64,000 nucleotides of DNA from Camelus ferus (taxonomy: Eukaryota), in NCBI RefSeq assembly GCF_009834535.1, contig NC_045707.1, positions 57,228,001 to 57,292,000 on the forward strand, in the 5' to 3' direction. The notes below the pieces were generated by a model. It had not been told where the DNA came from. It ran no database searches and worked only from the letters and a program-made list of their open reading frames with translations. A program made the position numbers and the translations under genes. Below, piece after piece: positions 1 to 14,235 of this stretch. Positions within the stretch are counted from its first letter, which is position 1. Every line of letters starts with the position of its first letter.

Positions 1-2424
1 GTAAATGTTCAGCAAAAACAATGACTCGATCAAAAGACTACTAATACACACAAACAGAGAAGGCTTTAAGCATTTTTAAGAGGGCATCATATCACTTTGT
101 TCGCACATTGACATCCCATCTAAATTACAGGTACTTGGCTTTGGGCAGTATCAACTGACTGTTCCAGGAAATCCTCCAAATTAGGTAACTACTTCTTTGG
201 GGCAGCATAATAACCTTATGTTAATTTAACCACTAGGAGTATTGTTTATATAAAAGGAGTTGGAAAGCACATCTCTCTATAGGACAATATTTCAACACAG
301 AAACCTAACACAAAGAGAGAGATGTTCTTTAGCCCTACTGATACTTTATACATGAGTACATACACTCAGAACCTGCCTCCCTCCCACCAGCTTTGGCCAC
401 AGATTGCCCCATCTCAGCATGAAAGGATAGCCTGGACATCTGCTCCCCTGCCAGACCATCTCAGATTAAAACTGAGTGAAATGCCAATAGTGAAAAATGC
501 AGCCAACAGGAAAAAGAATAAAAAAGAAAGGTTTTCAAGAAATCAATACTTGTTATCTGAACTGGCTCCACCGTCAATGGAGAGAAAAGGCATGAATGAA
601 TGATCTTAAAATTCTCAGGCTGTGAGTCACGCCTGACAGTTAAATTCAAAGCAGAAGGTGAGGACACCATTTTATCCTAGTCGTTTTATTTTTATTATTA
701 TTCTAAAGGAAATGCAGGTAAAATAAAGAATTGAAGCAAAAGGAAATAGGATTCAGCTTAATAGAAACAAGAAAAATATAAAATTATAACTCATTAAAAT
801 TAAAGGTCAAAAAGAAAAGATAAGGTCTCAACATTTAAATTTCAATGCATAAATTTATTAAAATGTAACTATAATCCCCAGTAAATATACATTTAGAAGT
901 GTATTCTAAAGGGAAGTAAACTTCATCAGTCAGCGCCTTTTAAGACAGCTACTTAGGACACTCAGGAGCAGTGGTCCTTGATCAACCAACTTATTAGTCA
1001 GCCATGAGGAGCTCATAAACCAAACTTCAATTCAGAGCAGATTCTTAGAAACCCAGACCCACAGACCAGGATGCCCACGGGGACCCTAAGCAGGTAACCC
1101 TGAAACCTCAGAAATACCCAGAGAATCAGGAAGGGGCAGAAGAGGAGGCACACTCTCCAATGCCAACAGGGCTTTGCTGGAGGGAAGAGAAGACGCCTCT
1201 AAGCACTGCATCCTGATGGTAGCAATGATGAAGTGGTGAAAGGAACAAAGAGGAAAATGGGAAAGGGAGAAAGGAGAAGAGAGAGCAGTCCCAGCACCAC
1301 CCAGAGCAGAAGAAATCCAATTTGTGCACATGGTGTTACCTTGCTCTGGTAAAGAAGAAATGGGAAGAAGAGAGGGGAGAAATAGGTAAGGATTGAAACG
1401 AAAGTGCTCTAAACTTGAGGACTTGAGGACTGTATATTCTTTTCTATGTTCATTACATCTTCATCTTAGCAATCCATTTCTTTCTCTTTAAGGCTGTATC
1501 TCATGCAGAGCGACACACTATACGGTTCTGATGAAACTGCCCTCTACAGCGGGCTCCCAGAAGGCAGACACCACGCTCATTAACTCATTCTGCACAACAC
1601 TTGGCTCATGTCCACAGAGAGATGTTCTATACAAGCTCTTATTAAAGAGGAGAAATACAATCAATCATTCTAGAATGTCTAAAAAAAACTTTATCTTCCC
1701 ACTGAGTCTTATAAATCATTCTGAGATTATTTCCATAAAGATTGTAATTGGGGTGGATACACAGGGAACATCAATTTTGTTTGTTTTATTGTTTAAAATA
1801 AAATGATCTGAAGCAAATGTGACAAAATGATAAGATATTACAAAGCCCAGTGTTCAGTGTTCCCCTGTATTATTATCTTTACTTTTACTCTAAATATTTC
1901 ATAAGGAGAAAGACTGTGGGGCCTTATTCACAATTTTTATTAATATTTTTGGAGAAAAAAACCTGACAATATACATCAGAAAGTGTATCATTTCTCTTTC
2001 ACCCAGAAATCTTCTAAAAATTCATCAGCAAGAAGGAAGGAAAGAAAGAGACAGACAGATAGACAGTCAGACATGGAGACAGAGACAGAGATAGAGAGAG
2101 AAATCTTTGGAATGCTGTGTCCAAAGAAGGAAGTATTCCTACAAGTAAAGAGAAACCACCTAAATATCAACATGAAGGGACTGAAATAAATAATTTTACA
2201 TTCACCCAATATGTTAAAATATTCTGCATACATTAAAAACCATGGACTAGAATAGAGGAATGGAAAAATCACAACTTATTCCGAGTGGGAAAAAAGCTAT
2301 CAAACAGTATGAATAGTATAATTCCATTTTTCTGTGAGAATAAAAATAGAGAGGCAAACAGACAGACAGACATAGTTTATCGATGTTTTTAAAAGCAAAA
2401 GTCATACACATACGAAAAATATGA

Positions 2425-2645
2425 GTGTGTGCAAAACCTGGTGAGTCTGAACAAGGTTTGTAGTCTAGCTAATTGTTTTAATCCACTGTCAACTTTGGTC
2501 TTGATAACATAATACAGTCATGTCAGATGTTACCACTGGGGGAGCTGAGTGATGGGTACAAATGACCTCTTTGTACTATTTTGCAACTTCTCTTGGGTCT
2601 ATAATTATTCCAAAATAAAAATTTTAAAAGAAAAAAAAATAAAAG
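2425..2645 (+). mobile_element. Old L1M (L1MC/MD/ME-like) 3' end
   Basis: GATGTTACCACTGGGGGAGCTGAGTGATGGGTACA...TGTACTATTTTGCAACTTC...AATAAAA followed by an A-rich tail. Confidence 0.7.
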
Positions 2646-3694
2646 ACTGAAGGGAAATATACAAACTACACCAAGATAGATACTAAGAATGTATTTAGAT
2701 ACTGAACTATAACTGATATTCCACTTATTTTGGCTTTCTTGAGATTACCTAGTTAAAATTTGAAGTAACACTGCTTCTGTCTGGGAGAAAAAGCATAAAC
2801 TTAAATTTCAATCAGAATTACTTTTGAATAAGAAATGTCAATGAAAATTAATTGAAAACCTAGGCCTCAAGCCCAGGCCTTGTGACTATAAAATCTCTGC
2901 TCTTTTAATTAAACCACACTGTATCTCGTCCAATTTTCCAGCTTCACCTCTCACCAGAACAACCTCCCACACAGAAAGAAACATAACATAGACATATCTA
3001 CAACGATAAATCAACTTAACTAACTAGGTACCACTGAGCATAAGTTAAAACATTAAGAAAAGTAGACAAAACTTTTATTATGTCTTTTTTCCCTAGCCTT
3101 ATCCTCAACATGATCTAATAACAAGGTCATAAACTACATCTTTGCTCTATCCTGGCCCATTCCCCCATTATCTACATATCACATCCCAGATCAAAGATCT
3201 TCCATTAACATTTTCATGATTTGAACCTGAATTCAGTGCAGCTTTGCTCAATTTTCCAAGAGTTCGTTATCTGGCTGGTCTCTTTGGGCACTAACTGAAC
3301 CCATTACTTCTCTTTATCCTCTTTTTTGTTACTTGCCTTTTTCTCACCTTCTAGCAGAAAATGAGAGGCTGCATAGAGGGATAAAACTAAAATTGGTCGA
3401 TTCTTTTATTTATTACAGGATTTATTAGGCAGAAAATGGCCACTGTTCACCAAAATGTAAACCTGTATGCTTTAGTCACTCACATCTCAAAAGTCAAAGC
3501 AATTCAGAGTAGAGTTAATTATAAAATAAAGCAAAGTTTATTACTCATATTTTCAGAAAATAATAACTAGATAGTCCGTATCACTCGATTACTCTTCTTT
3601 TATTAAACAAGAAAATGAAAGCTATCTTACTACAAGCAAAAACACTTTTTTCCTTTAACGTATGAAATCATTCTTCAGTTATACTCTATCCAGA

Positions 3695-3990
3695 CTCTCA
3701 CTCAGCACCTGGAATAGTGCCTGGCATGTAGAAGCCATTCAATAAACATTTTAAAAATATATTTTATTTATTTATTATTGTATTATTTAATTACTTTATT
3801 TTGGTGTGGGGGGAGGTAATTAGGCTTGTTTATTATTGGAAGAGGTACTGGGGATTGAACTCGGGACCTCGTGCGTGCCAAGCATGTGCTCTACATTTGA
3901 ACTGTACCTTCCCACCATCAATAAACATTTGATGAATGAGCAAGAGAAAGAAGGAAAGAATAAATGAAGAAACAAATGAGTTAGTAATGA
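3695..3990 (+). mobile_element. L2 3' end, interrupted by the SINE
   Basis: CAGCACCTGGAATAGTGCCTGGCATGTAG...CAATAAACATTTGATGAATGA, a typical L2 terminus. Confidence 0.7.
3752..3917 (-). mobile_element. tRNA-derived SINE (camelid Vic-1-like) with 13-bp target-site duplication
   Basis: Minus strand GGTACAGTTCAAATGTAGAGCACATGCTTGGCACGCACGAGGTCCCGAGTTCAATCCCCAGTACCTC (Pol III B-box at 3851-3862) plus AT-rich tail. TCAATAAACATTT flanks it at 3739-3751 and 3918-3930. Confidence 0.88.
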
Positions 3991-4334
3991 ATAAATTCTA
4001 GAGCCAAAAAAAACTCCATTTTACAAATACAAAAGGCTAACAAACATATATATGTGTATACATATGTATATATGCACCAACTTGTTTTTAAATCTGAAAC
4101 ACCGGCATTATGAGGATAAAATAATATTAACTGGAGAAGAAATATGACACAGTGAGAAGCTGATACACTCTAACAGATCTGGTTTTTCACCCCAGATCTG
4201 CCACCTGCATGTTAGGTGAACATGAGCAAGTCTCTTAACTTTCCCTAAATCCTCCTTTAGGAACGGATGCTCTTGAGAAGTTAAAAAAATATGGTAAGGT
4301 GTATTATTGTTGCTATTATTATTGCATTTTGTTA

Positions 4335-4705
4335 TTTGAACACACTATAAAGTGATCACCACAATAAGTACTATCCATCACCATACATAGTACCAATTTT
4401 TTTTCTTTTTTCCTGTGATAAGGACTTTTAAAGTTACTCTCTTAGCAACTTTCAAATATGCAATACAGCATTATTAACTACAGTCACCATGCTGTACATT
4501 GCATTCCCAGGACCTATTTATCTTATCACTGGAAGTTTGTACCTTTTGATCCCCTTCACCCATTTCACCAACCCCCATAACCCTCCACTCTGGCAACCAT
4601 CAATCTGTACTCTGTATCTGAGCTTCGTTTTTGTTTTGTTTTGTTGTTTGTTTTGGTTTTCAGAATCCATGTGTAAGTGAGATCATATGGTACTTGTCTT
4701 TCTTT
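4335..4705 (-). mobile_element. L1MA-like 3' end fragment
   Basis: CTCTTAGCAACTTTCAAATATGCAATACAGCATTATTAACTACAGTCACCATGCTGTACATT...GTAAGTGAGATCATATGGTACTTGTCTTT. Confidence 0.8.
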
Positions 4706-5649
4706 TATCACTTTTAACCAGTGGTTTTTATTTGGTAAATAAAATTTGGTTTATCTGGTTAACATATTTACTAAAGAACGACAATCTGGTACCAAGAGTT
4801 GATACTGAAACAACTCTTAAATCTGAAATTTTTGGAATCTGGTATGTGGAGAGAGACATTTCCAGTCTATACTCACGGTGCAATCTTGGGCTGTTACCAT
4901 GTAAGTAAAGTATTTCCCTCCTTGCAGTTATGTGTGTCTTTGGCTTGAGAATTAAATACATCAGCTAAAGAGGAGCAAAGGGAAACGATTTCCTCATAAT
5001 AAAATTTAGACTCACAAAGAAGAGAATTTCAAACTCTCTGATGCCTTGATACAAAGAAGATTCATGGGTCATTTTGGGTTCTGGTGGGATGGATGATTCA
5101 GGTAATACGTACCTGCAATTTATATAGGAACCCAGATTTAGGAGATAGATTAAGAAGGTTCACATGCATGTGGTGAAGTCTTAAAATCAGTTTGAAGGAC
5201 ATGTACAAGGTATGTGCATTCTGCTGCAGAGGTAACAAAGGTGACTTGAGACCTGATCCCTGTCCTTCCATCACCTAGCCGAGAATTTTTAAATTTCTAG
5301 TAAGAGATAAGTATCAGTGGGGTACAAGCTTATGTAGTGAATGCATGGTGACTCAATGGAGATGAGAATTGAGCATTCTCTGCCAAACTACCTTACAGGG
5401 AAATAAAATTCAAGTGACGTGCTTCTGAGGAGAGGACCATTTGTCAGGAAGACATGTACAAATTGACTCTGGGAAAACAATGAAGATATACATTCCACTA
5501 AAATGAGAGAGCAGAAGACACATAGAAACATAGGTGACTAGTGAAGAGAAGGGATGTTACATCTCCGACCGAAAAGTTTTAGATTTCTAACAGTTTTTTC
5601 ATTCCTTTGTGCCTTCTAGGTACAGTCATGACAACCAGACAGAAGAAGT

Positions 5650-5890
5650 TAAAGAGTGTAGTTGCAACCCATTACAGAAACTGGGCTCTCCAGTGTGACC
5701 CAGCTTGTGTGAAAAATGAGTCTACCACTCTATGACAAGTCACTTAATCTCTCTGCCCTTTAGTTTACGCAGTTATAAAAATGCATTATAAAGATACCTA
5801 TCTCACAGGCGTCGGAAGGATTCAAAGAATATATACAGTGTTAGCACAGGGCCTGGCTCACCGCAAGCGCTCCACCACTGTGACTGCTGT
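5650..5890 (+). mobile_element. MIR SINE
   Basis: Core ACAAGTCACTTAATCTCTCTG...AGTTT...ATAAAAATG, followed by CACAGGGCCTGGC. Confidence 0.65.
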
Positions 5891-6874
5891 TGTACTGCCT
5901 TGGTTGTCATCCCTGTTACTATTACTATCACCATCATTATTGAGAAACAATGCAACAAAAGTTCTAAAGAAAGACACTAGTTCAGTCATGAGCTGGAGAA
6001 TAATCACATGTGAGTTTCCTTCTCAATCGAATACAGACTCTCCAAGTATTATTGTGGCTCACCCCTTAAACTCTCAAAGGAAGCATTTAATATTTTTCAA
6101 TCACTTGTTCCCCAAAGTTTGGCAACACCTATGAAATAACACAGGTAAGTGAGAGAGCCCACAACTCATTGTCCTTGCACTGGATTTCAAAATCAAGATA
6201 TTCGTATTAGAAGTGAGAGAGCTGGATGCAACATAAATCCTAAGAAACTCATCTCTGCACTTAACATATGCCATTTATCAAGGTCTGTCCTACACTAGGA
6301 TCAAGATGAAAAGAAATGAAAGCAAAACAGCAAAGGATACCATACATGAATGCACAAAAAGTAATTAAAATCAACCACTTCCATAATGATGAACATATAA
6401 CAAGTCCTTGTATTTTCTTTTACTGAGAGGTTGGAAGGAAGGAAAGTTTTCAAATATTCATAACTAGATTAATTAATTAGGCTATTTATCACCATGTTCT
6501 CATAAAAATAATATAAAAGTATACTACAAGCAATGAATAATGTGGTCATTACAGATTTTCCTTAAGCTGGAACAACAACAGAGCATTTTTAAGAGGGGAA
6601 TAGTATTGGTTCAAGAAACATTTCTAAAGTAGGTAACGATGAATATAAAGCCTCCCTCCCCTGATTCTTGGGACCTTTGCACACAATTTAAATATTTTAT
6701 ATATATAACATGCTTTTTTCCCAAAGAACATCAATCTACTATTCTAGATCTAATATGGATATTTTCCAAATGTTTCTGAGATATAGATCCAGATTTTTTA
6801 AATTACTTTTAGTGGCTTCAGTGGAGAAGAGGCAAGAAAAGAAAAACTGAAATTAATTGAGACAGTTATTATAG

Positions 6875-7130
6875 AAACAGTATAACATGATAAATATTTA
6901 GATAGAGTAGAGACATGAAATTCATACTGCCCAGGTTCAAATCCTTAATCTGCTACTTACTAGTTTTATATGTTTAGGCAAGTTTCTTAAACTCTCTGTA
7001 TCTCCATTTCCACACCCACTTAATGAAAATAAAAGTTGACCCTACCCCACAGGGTTGTTAGAAATATTAAATAAATTTAAGCACTTGGTATTATACCTGG
7101 CTCAAAGCACGGATACAATAAAGCTCAGCT
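6875..7130 (+). mobile_element. MIR SINE
   Basis: CCAGGTTCAAATCCTTAATCTGCTACTTACTAG...GGCAAGTTTCTTAAACTCTCTGT. Confidence 0.7.
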
Positions 7131-7224
7131 GTTTTCTCTGTAGGCGGGACACAATTTATGTACACTAGCACACTTAATCATTCCAGCAGCCCTGTAAATT
7201 ACTGTTATATTTCACAATCAATAA

Positions 7225-7570
7225 AGATAGGCTGGATTGCACAGAGTAATAACGGCAAACTCCAAAGAACTGGAAAAAAATAATGTTTATTTCTCACTCG
7301 TGCAACCTTACTGTGGCTTCAAGCAGATTCCTCAAAGCACTGTCATCTATGCATTTCTGCTCCACAATCCAGGCTACAAGTGTTTCCATAAAACAGGCCA
7401 GAGGGGACTAAGGATTGAAGCTCTAGCAACTAAATGTTTCACCAGGAAGTGATATGCCTTACTCCTTTGGTTACATTAGCCAAAGCTAATCACATGACCA
7501 TGCCTGGTTAGGGAAATCTGATCCTCCTGTGGCTCTGAAGTAAAGAACAGACACTGCTGAGCAATAATAC
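7225..7570 (-). mobile_element. Old MLT1 (MaLR) LTR
   Basis: GTTTATTTCTCACTC...ACATTAGCCAAAGCTAATCACATGACCATGCC, MLT1-like motifs. Confidence 0.55.
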
Positions 7571-8747
7571 CCATCACATTGGTATATAATTCCCTCATTT
7601 TATAATTATTTGGGACAATGTCCCGTTCAAAGAGTGGAACTTAAATTTTAACCTAGAAATCAGTTTGTTTTCTCTACTAATAATGATCCTCAACATTTTT
7701 TTCTCCTACCCACCAAAACAGGGTCTTGCACAAATTTCCCATTAGTAACAGTGGCAAACTTCATTGGGCCTGATTAAGCAGGGAGAGTTGGGAGGAAAGC
7801 AATGTTAGGGCATTTGTGGTTTAGAAAAGCACTTAACTTCCAATTGGGAATCAATGAAATGCTACAAAAAAAAGAAGTGCAGAGAGAAAGCAAAGTGAGA
7901 TTAGTGCAAAGGTAGACTTTTCTAAGCTCCAACGCTTTTGCTTACGATTATTTTTGCAAGGAGTCAATGATAATGGTTTTATGTCCTTTCAGCTACTAAA
8001 TTCTTTATCATTCTATTGTACCAATTTTTCTCTGTACAAACGTCTATATTGATCATGTCTAAAGCAGACACTGAGCATTCTTTCTTTTTCCTTCAACTTT
8101 CAGAAGTTATTTTACTTAATGAGTATCCACTTAGGAGAAACATCTTAAAATATTATACTTGAAAAATATTGTTATTCTAACATCTAAACCTATGAAGAAT
8201 GTATTCCTATTGTCCCGAGTTATCTCTTCAGTCAGAGACCAACAGACTTTAGATGATTTTCTTCCACTTAGAGCAATACAGGTTTTTAAATCAGTAAAAT
8301 TCACTACTTACTAAAAGTCATAAATCAACCCCTATCCTTCTCTAACAGTAGTATTTGAAAAAGCTTCTTTTTTTCAACTATCCTAAGACTTTTATCTGGA
8401 CTATTTCAAACTCAAAATTCTTAAATTTCAAATTTCCTAGATATTATAAGAATAACGTATTTCCTTTCTATGCACTGTCCCTTGCCTCATTTGGCCATAA
8501 TATCAGCAAAAGCACATATAATTAATACCTTTCATAACAAGTTCTCTAACCACATGGAACCACATGGTTTACATAAAGGATCTGAGCTCTACAATCAAAC
8601 TGTAATTTAAAGAGGTTATTACATGAATATACATTTTCACAACCATTCATTAGCCACCCCCACCCCCATTTCTCTTGCAAATGTCACACCACAATGGAAA
8701 GCAATGATCTCCCTTATGGAGTCACTGCCTCAAAGTGGAAATTCTTT

Positions 8748-8768
8748 AAAAAAAAAAAAAAAAAAAAA
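8748..8768 (+). repeat. Poly(A)21
   Basis: Direct count. Confidence 0.9.
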
Positions 8769-9369
8769 GTAAATACCTTTAACCACTGGATTTTATTTCT
8801 CAACTAACAGTATATGGCATGAACAAAGGAAAAGTAAGCCTCCTTCCAGGAAGTGCTAAGAGTTTGGACTTTCCCCCAACTTGGTAATTGATAGGTCACA
8901 GTTGATTGAATTTCCATTGTTCATTGATTGTGCCATTTGTCAGGCAATCCATCCTTGCTTATGTAATCCCAGCATTCCTGTAGTTCACTCTGTTCCGTCT
9001 TGACAGTTCAACAGCATGACAGACTGAGAAAATCGGATACAGCACAGCACCAAATTGTTGACCTTCAGGATATAAAATAAGGCCCATCTTTTAAAATTGG
9101 TCTTTCTTGATGAGTTTATATGAGGGACAGTATTACTAACAGGCCATTTTTCCTACTGATCCTGTACCTTCTTAAAATATTTTTTCATTTATAAAAAATG
9201 ATAATTTAAAATTTAAATATATCTGTACTGTGCACAATATTATGAATAAATTCATTTAGAGTTTGTCAAAAGGGGACAGATTTTTTCATCTTCAGATAAA
9301 ACTCTCATTTTCAAACCAGAATTAAATATAATTTTAATAATATCTGATAAATATGAAGGCAATTTCAAA

Positions 9370-9425
9370 AGAAGGAAGGAAGGAGGGAGGAAGGGAGGGA
9401 GGGAAGGAGGAAGGAAGGAAGGAAG
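9370..9425 (+). repeat. Imperfect (GGAA/GGGA)n microsatellite
   Basis: Direct observation. Confidence 0.85.
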
Positions 9426-11489
9426 AACGCAAGCAAGGAAGCAAGTAGGCAAGTAAGCAAACTGTTTCCCAAACAGTTGAATGTGTCTGACCAACTGTTT
9501 GCCAGATAATCAAAATTCAGTAGCAGAATTAAATTACTTTCTGGTTACATAAAATTCACATTATATTTTCCTTATTTGTTTTCCTTTGAAAGAATGTCAA
9601 AATCAAAGAAAAGTTACAAGTAGAAGACAACCTTTTCCCCCTCTGAAACACTTACTGACATGCTATCTGAAACCCCAGAATAATTTAACAAACCAACAAA
9701 TATTCTTCCATCTTTTTCCAACTGTCTCCTTATCTTCTCTGTCAAACTCACAACCAAATGTTTAGAAATCTAGCTCACTAGCATCTTTGCAATATATAAC
9801 AAGAACATATAGATCTGTTGATAGCTCTGTATTCCATCTTTTAGACTTTTTAATTTTGTTTCTTCCATGAACTTTTGGTATTTAAAGGGAAAAAAAAGAT
9901 AAGAAACCATACAGAGTTCAACTTATAAAAGTTCTGTTGATGAGGAACAGGTTGTAAAATAAGCAAAAGTCCTTTCATTCCTATTTCACAGATTTCTTTA
10001 CTTCTGCAAACATGGATGTCTCCTAAAGGGGGAGGAGAGGAAAGTAAAGACAGCGAGGAAACTATTTTTCAGGTAGTCCAGACACCTCCACGTTCCTCCC
10101 TCCTGTCACTGTCAAATACCACTGGGCTGTTTCCACCAACCAGCAGTTCACTGTGTGGTGAAGGACTCAGGCTTTGGCCTTCATCTCTAGAGCATCTCTA
10201 GACTCTCACTGACTTGCCTTATTTTTATCTTTTCTCTCCCTTTTACTCCATTGCATGAAAATACCCTGCTCTTTCTTCTCCTGCTTCTTTAAACAAGTCT
10301 CATCCATTCTCATAGTTTTATTTTTCCTTCTACTTGTCTGCAAAGTTTAGTTTTTAGTATCTTGTTCTTTCTCTCTCTCTCCCCCTCTCTTTTTCCGCTC
10401 TCAGTATTTATCTTCTTTCTTTTTCTTTCTTTCTTTGTCTCTCTCTCCCTTCACTCAGAATTTACCAAACTTTAATTCTCGCCTCTTTATAAATTTCAGT
10501 CAAATCTATAATTCTACATCAAGCCCTCGCCCAGTTTTTAAACCACTGTCTTTAATTTCACACAAAGTTCCTCCACTTTTATAACTGAGTCAAATTCTTT
10601 CAGTTACCATAACTTCTTTACTTCCCTGAACCCACTGCCGGGCAGCCGTTATGTCTAATTTAGCCTGAGTCAGCAGCTACTCAGTTCTGGCTAAATGTTG
10701 CCATGAAAAATGCTGTCCCGTTGCTGACAGATATTTTGCTTTTTCTCAAAACAAGTTTCAAAAATAGAATTGTTAAAGGGAATTTAAATTTTAGATGAAA
10801 TCTTCCAATGTTTAAATACTGACAACTATTTTAAAAACAAACTAACAAAAAGCCAAGCACCTGGGTCAAACAAACCTATCTGCAGGCTTTCAGTCAAATT
10901 GTGACTTGTTGCCTAAAAAGTGAACGCAAATACCTTAGCTTGCTGTTTCTCCTAAAACCATCCTGAAACTACTTCCTGAATTCAAAGTAACTGCTACAAG
11001 CCAACTGGCCTACAATACTCCCTTCCAAGTACACTTTGTTCTTTCTCATACTTATGCCTCTGTCATGTTTGTTTCCACCCAAAAGTGTTTTTCTTCCTCT
11101 GTAAGTCCTACTTTAAGATCGAGTTCAAATGCTACCGTTTCTCTGAAAACTTCCAGGACCATATTAGCCTATGGGACTATCGCTCCCATATTCCAAAGAC
11201 ATTAGTACCTAGTCCTGTGGGTCAGGCACAGTCCTAGACATGGTACATGCTCCCTCCCCCTCCCACTATAAATCCTAAGAAATTGATATTATGGTTATCC
11301 TCATGTTATAAATGAGGATATTGAAGCTTGTCCAAGGTAAGTGGCAGAGCTGGGGCTGAACTCAATTGTTTCTTGTTCCAGCGCAGGAAGAAGAGTAGGA
11401 AATTTAAGTTTCGATCATCCACTATATGACATGTGTTTGTGCCAGGAAAAACTGTAAAAATCCTTAAAATAACTCACCAGACCACTCAC

Positions 11490-11910
11490 AATATGGCTCT
11501 CTTCTATTTCTTGATACTTTCCCTGTCATTCCTTAAGCCACAGCCACATTAGTCTTCTTTCAGTTTCTAGAATTTACTGAGCTACTTCATGCCTCATGGC
11601 CTTCATATGTGCTGTTTTCTTTGCCTGGAATGTTGTTCACCCCTTCTGAAGTCTAATCACCACTCACTGTGATCTTAGTTTAACCATCATTTCCTCAAGG
11701 CTCCTTTCATGATCCTTCTAGAGAAGACTATGGTAAGACCCCCATTAATCACTGTATTTCACAATATCTACTGCAACTCTAAACAAATAGCTTTGTAAAA
11801 GTTCATTTAATTTATGTCTCCCCTACTGCTCTGCAGTGAGTTCCTTCACCACCTCTTTCATTATTTTCTCTGTACTACACACTATACATACAGTGAGTGA
11901 ATGATTGATG
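11490..11910 (+). mobile_element. L2 fragment
   Basis: GCCACATTAGTCTTCTTTCAGTTTCTAGAA...GCTGTTTTCTTTGCCTGGAATG...CATTTCCTCAAGG. Confidence 0.65.
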
Positions 11911-14029
11911 TTTTCAACGTTAGTGAGTCATTTTAAGACTTGGAGGCGCTAAACAACCATTACCTCATTGCTAGTAAGAAACTGAGCTCTTGCATGTTAG
12001 AAAACCTACATGATTTCCATTACAGAGATGTTAACCAAGCTGGAATCACTTTCTAGTAATCTGCATTTAGTCAGAGGCTTTTACTTTTTAGCTTAGAGTC
12101 ACTGTTAATATATGCTAAATTCTAAATCAAATAATATGTGAGCATCTGATCACTGAATGTTGTTTAAATAAAAATAAGCTAAAATAGGATTGCCATGCTT
12201 CCAGAGAAAGGGATAAACTGATGACCCAGACAGAAGGGTCCACCACAATGCATAATGCAAAAGTGAATCTCCTAATTCTTCAGCAAGTGGCAGCTGGATT
12301 TCAAATTCAGGATGGGCAGCAGTTTGTCTAATTCATTAGGAGAAAATAACTTCTAACATCCATTCTGCTGTTGCAGGATTAGAGAAATGACCAGGGCTTC
12401 TAATTGCTTCACCTCAGACCGCGGTGCTCCGCTGACGTCTCTGTAACAGGGACTTTCTTCCCCCCAAAGCTAGGTGTCAGCAATGTGAATTAACCAAGAA
12501 ACTGTGAGGAAAGGTGGATCCTTACATGTTTTCTAAGGCACCTGTATGGAACTGGGATTTGTTCTTCAAAGAGCTCAGAGATTACAGCCCTAGAAATGTA
12601 CCTTCCAGGGCTACCTACTACAGTGGAAACTCCCTTCAGTATATCACCCTTAAAGATTCCTAGTTCATGCTCATATTACTCCATATGCAAACTACTGTTG
12701 GGCAGTTTATGCCATTGTATAAGCTAATATGCATTAATATTTTTGTATTGGTGTTTCTGATAGGCCTGCAGATTGGGAGGGGAGTTTACTTTCATGAAGA
12801 ATAAATAGATAAGCTTATAATGAAAGAGAATCCCTCTTGCCTCTGGGAAGCCAAAGTGCCTCAGAGATCTTGACTACATGTATGCCAGCTCCATCTGGCA
12901 GAGAACAGTTAGCTGGAGCAACCTCTCCTCATTTTACTTAAGGACATACTGTCAACATCTCTCTTCCTCACATCCAACTTCAAAGAAAGTGAGCCAAGTT
13001 CCTTCACATCACATTGTGCTCATACCTACCTACCACCTCTCAGAGACATCCTGAGGCAAAAATTAAATCCACGTAGCCTGTTATCTATCACTTTTTAGTA
13101 GTGTCATTTATCAGCTCTGACCTAGAATCTAGGAATATAAAGACTAAAGGGAAAAAAAAAAAAAAAAGACATTTGCCCTGCCCTTGAGCTTACCTTTGTA
13201 GAAAAGTGTTAACCAATGAAGAGTATCTACAAATAGGTGCCCAACCCAGCAATGGATTCAAATTAAAACCACTTATTGAGTAAAGTTTTAGGTTAGATAC
13301 ATGGTCTCCTACCTCGACTTGCCTCCCCAACTCTGCTCTGCCAATCAAACTTCTTAGTGAATCACACTGCTGCAATACAGACTCAAAGACTTAGATCTCT
13401 TACTCACTTTGATCTTTTAGGCTGTTATAAAACAGGGATGGCCACGTGATTCCAAGAGTTCAAAGATGAAGAATTCAGACACAGCATTATCAAGTGGCAG
13501 TGATCTACAATATACTGAATTTTAAAAAACATACACAAAGGCCCTTTGGCAAAAACTCTCATTAAAAATATTTTATACCTACAATTTTAGAAAATTTAGG
13601 CAAGCAACTAGAGATTAAGAAAACAAGTTAGAGAGAAAATCTCCAGGTCTTAAATGTCTACTTGATGGACACTTTCACTGCCTCATTCTCTGCACTCCCT
13701 TGAGCCCTCACCGACCTCAAGTAACCCTCCAGAAATCTACCCCTTCCTTTCCACTGCCACTGTCATTGCCTTATGTCTGGCCCTCACTTGTTTTTACTTG
13801 GAACATCCCCATGACTTCATAATTCAGTTCTCTGCACACAGTTTTGTGGGAAGGACGGTCACATAAATAATTTCAGTACCATACTTTATGACAGATATGT
13901 GGACACAGAACTTTGAGAATACACTCTTAGGAAAGGCAACGATCTCTGTGTTTTGATCAGAGAAACAGTAAGAAGGTTTTCTCCTAAAATAATTGTGGTA
14001 TGAAAGTGCAAAGAGCTATTCTTCCTCTA

Positions 14030-14235
14030 ACATTTATAGAGTCTGTTTCATTCACGACTTGGTCTTAACCCTTTACTCAGTTAATTTTCATATTAGTCCC
14101 ACATTTATCTATGAGAAAACTGAAGCACAGAGAGATTAAGTAACTTGCTTATCTATGAACACACAGCCAGTAACTGTGAGAGCCAGAACTCAAGCCCAGC
14201 ATTCTGGCACCAGAGACCGTGCTCTTAATCATCAT
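14030..14235 (-). mobile_element. MIR SINE
   Basis: ATGAGAAAACTGAAGCACAGAGAGATTAAGTAACTTG...GAGCCAGAACTCAAGCCCAG. Confidence 0.8.

Noticed and set aside
3845..3915. tRNA gene
   Set aside because: tRNA-like head followed by SINE body, AT-rich tail and TSD; a retroposon rather than a tRNA.
12175..12190. MEF2 site CTAAAATAG
   Set aside because: One base short of the YTA(A/T)4TAR consensus.
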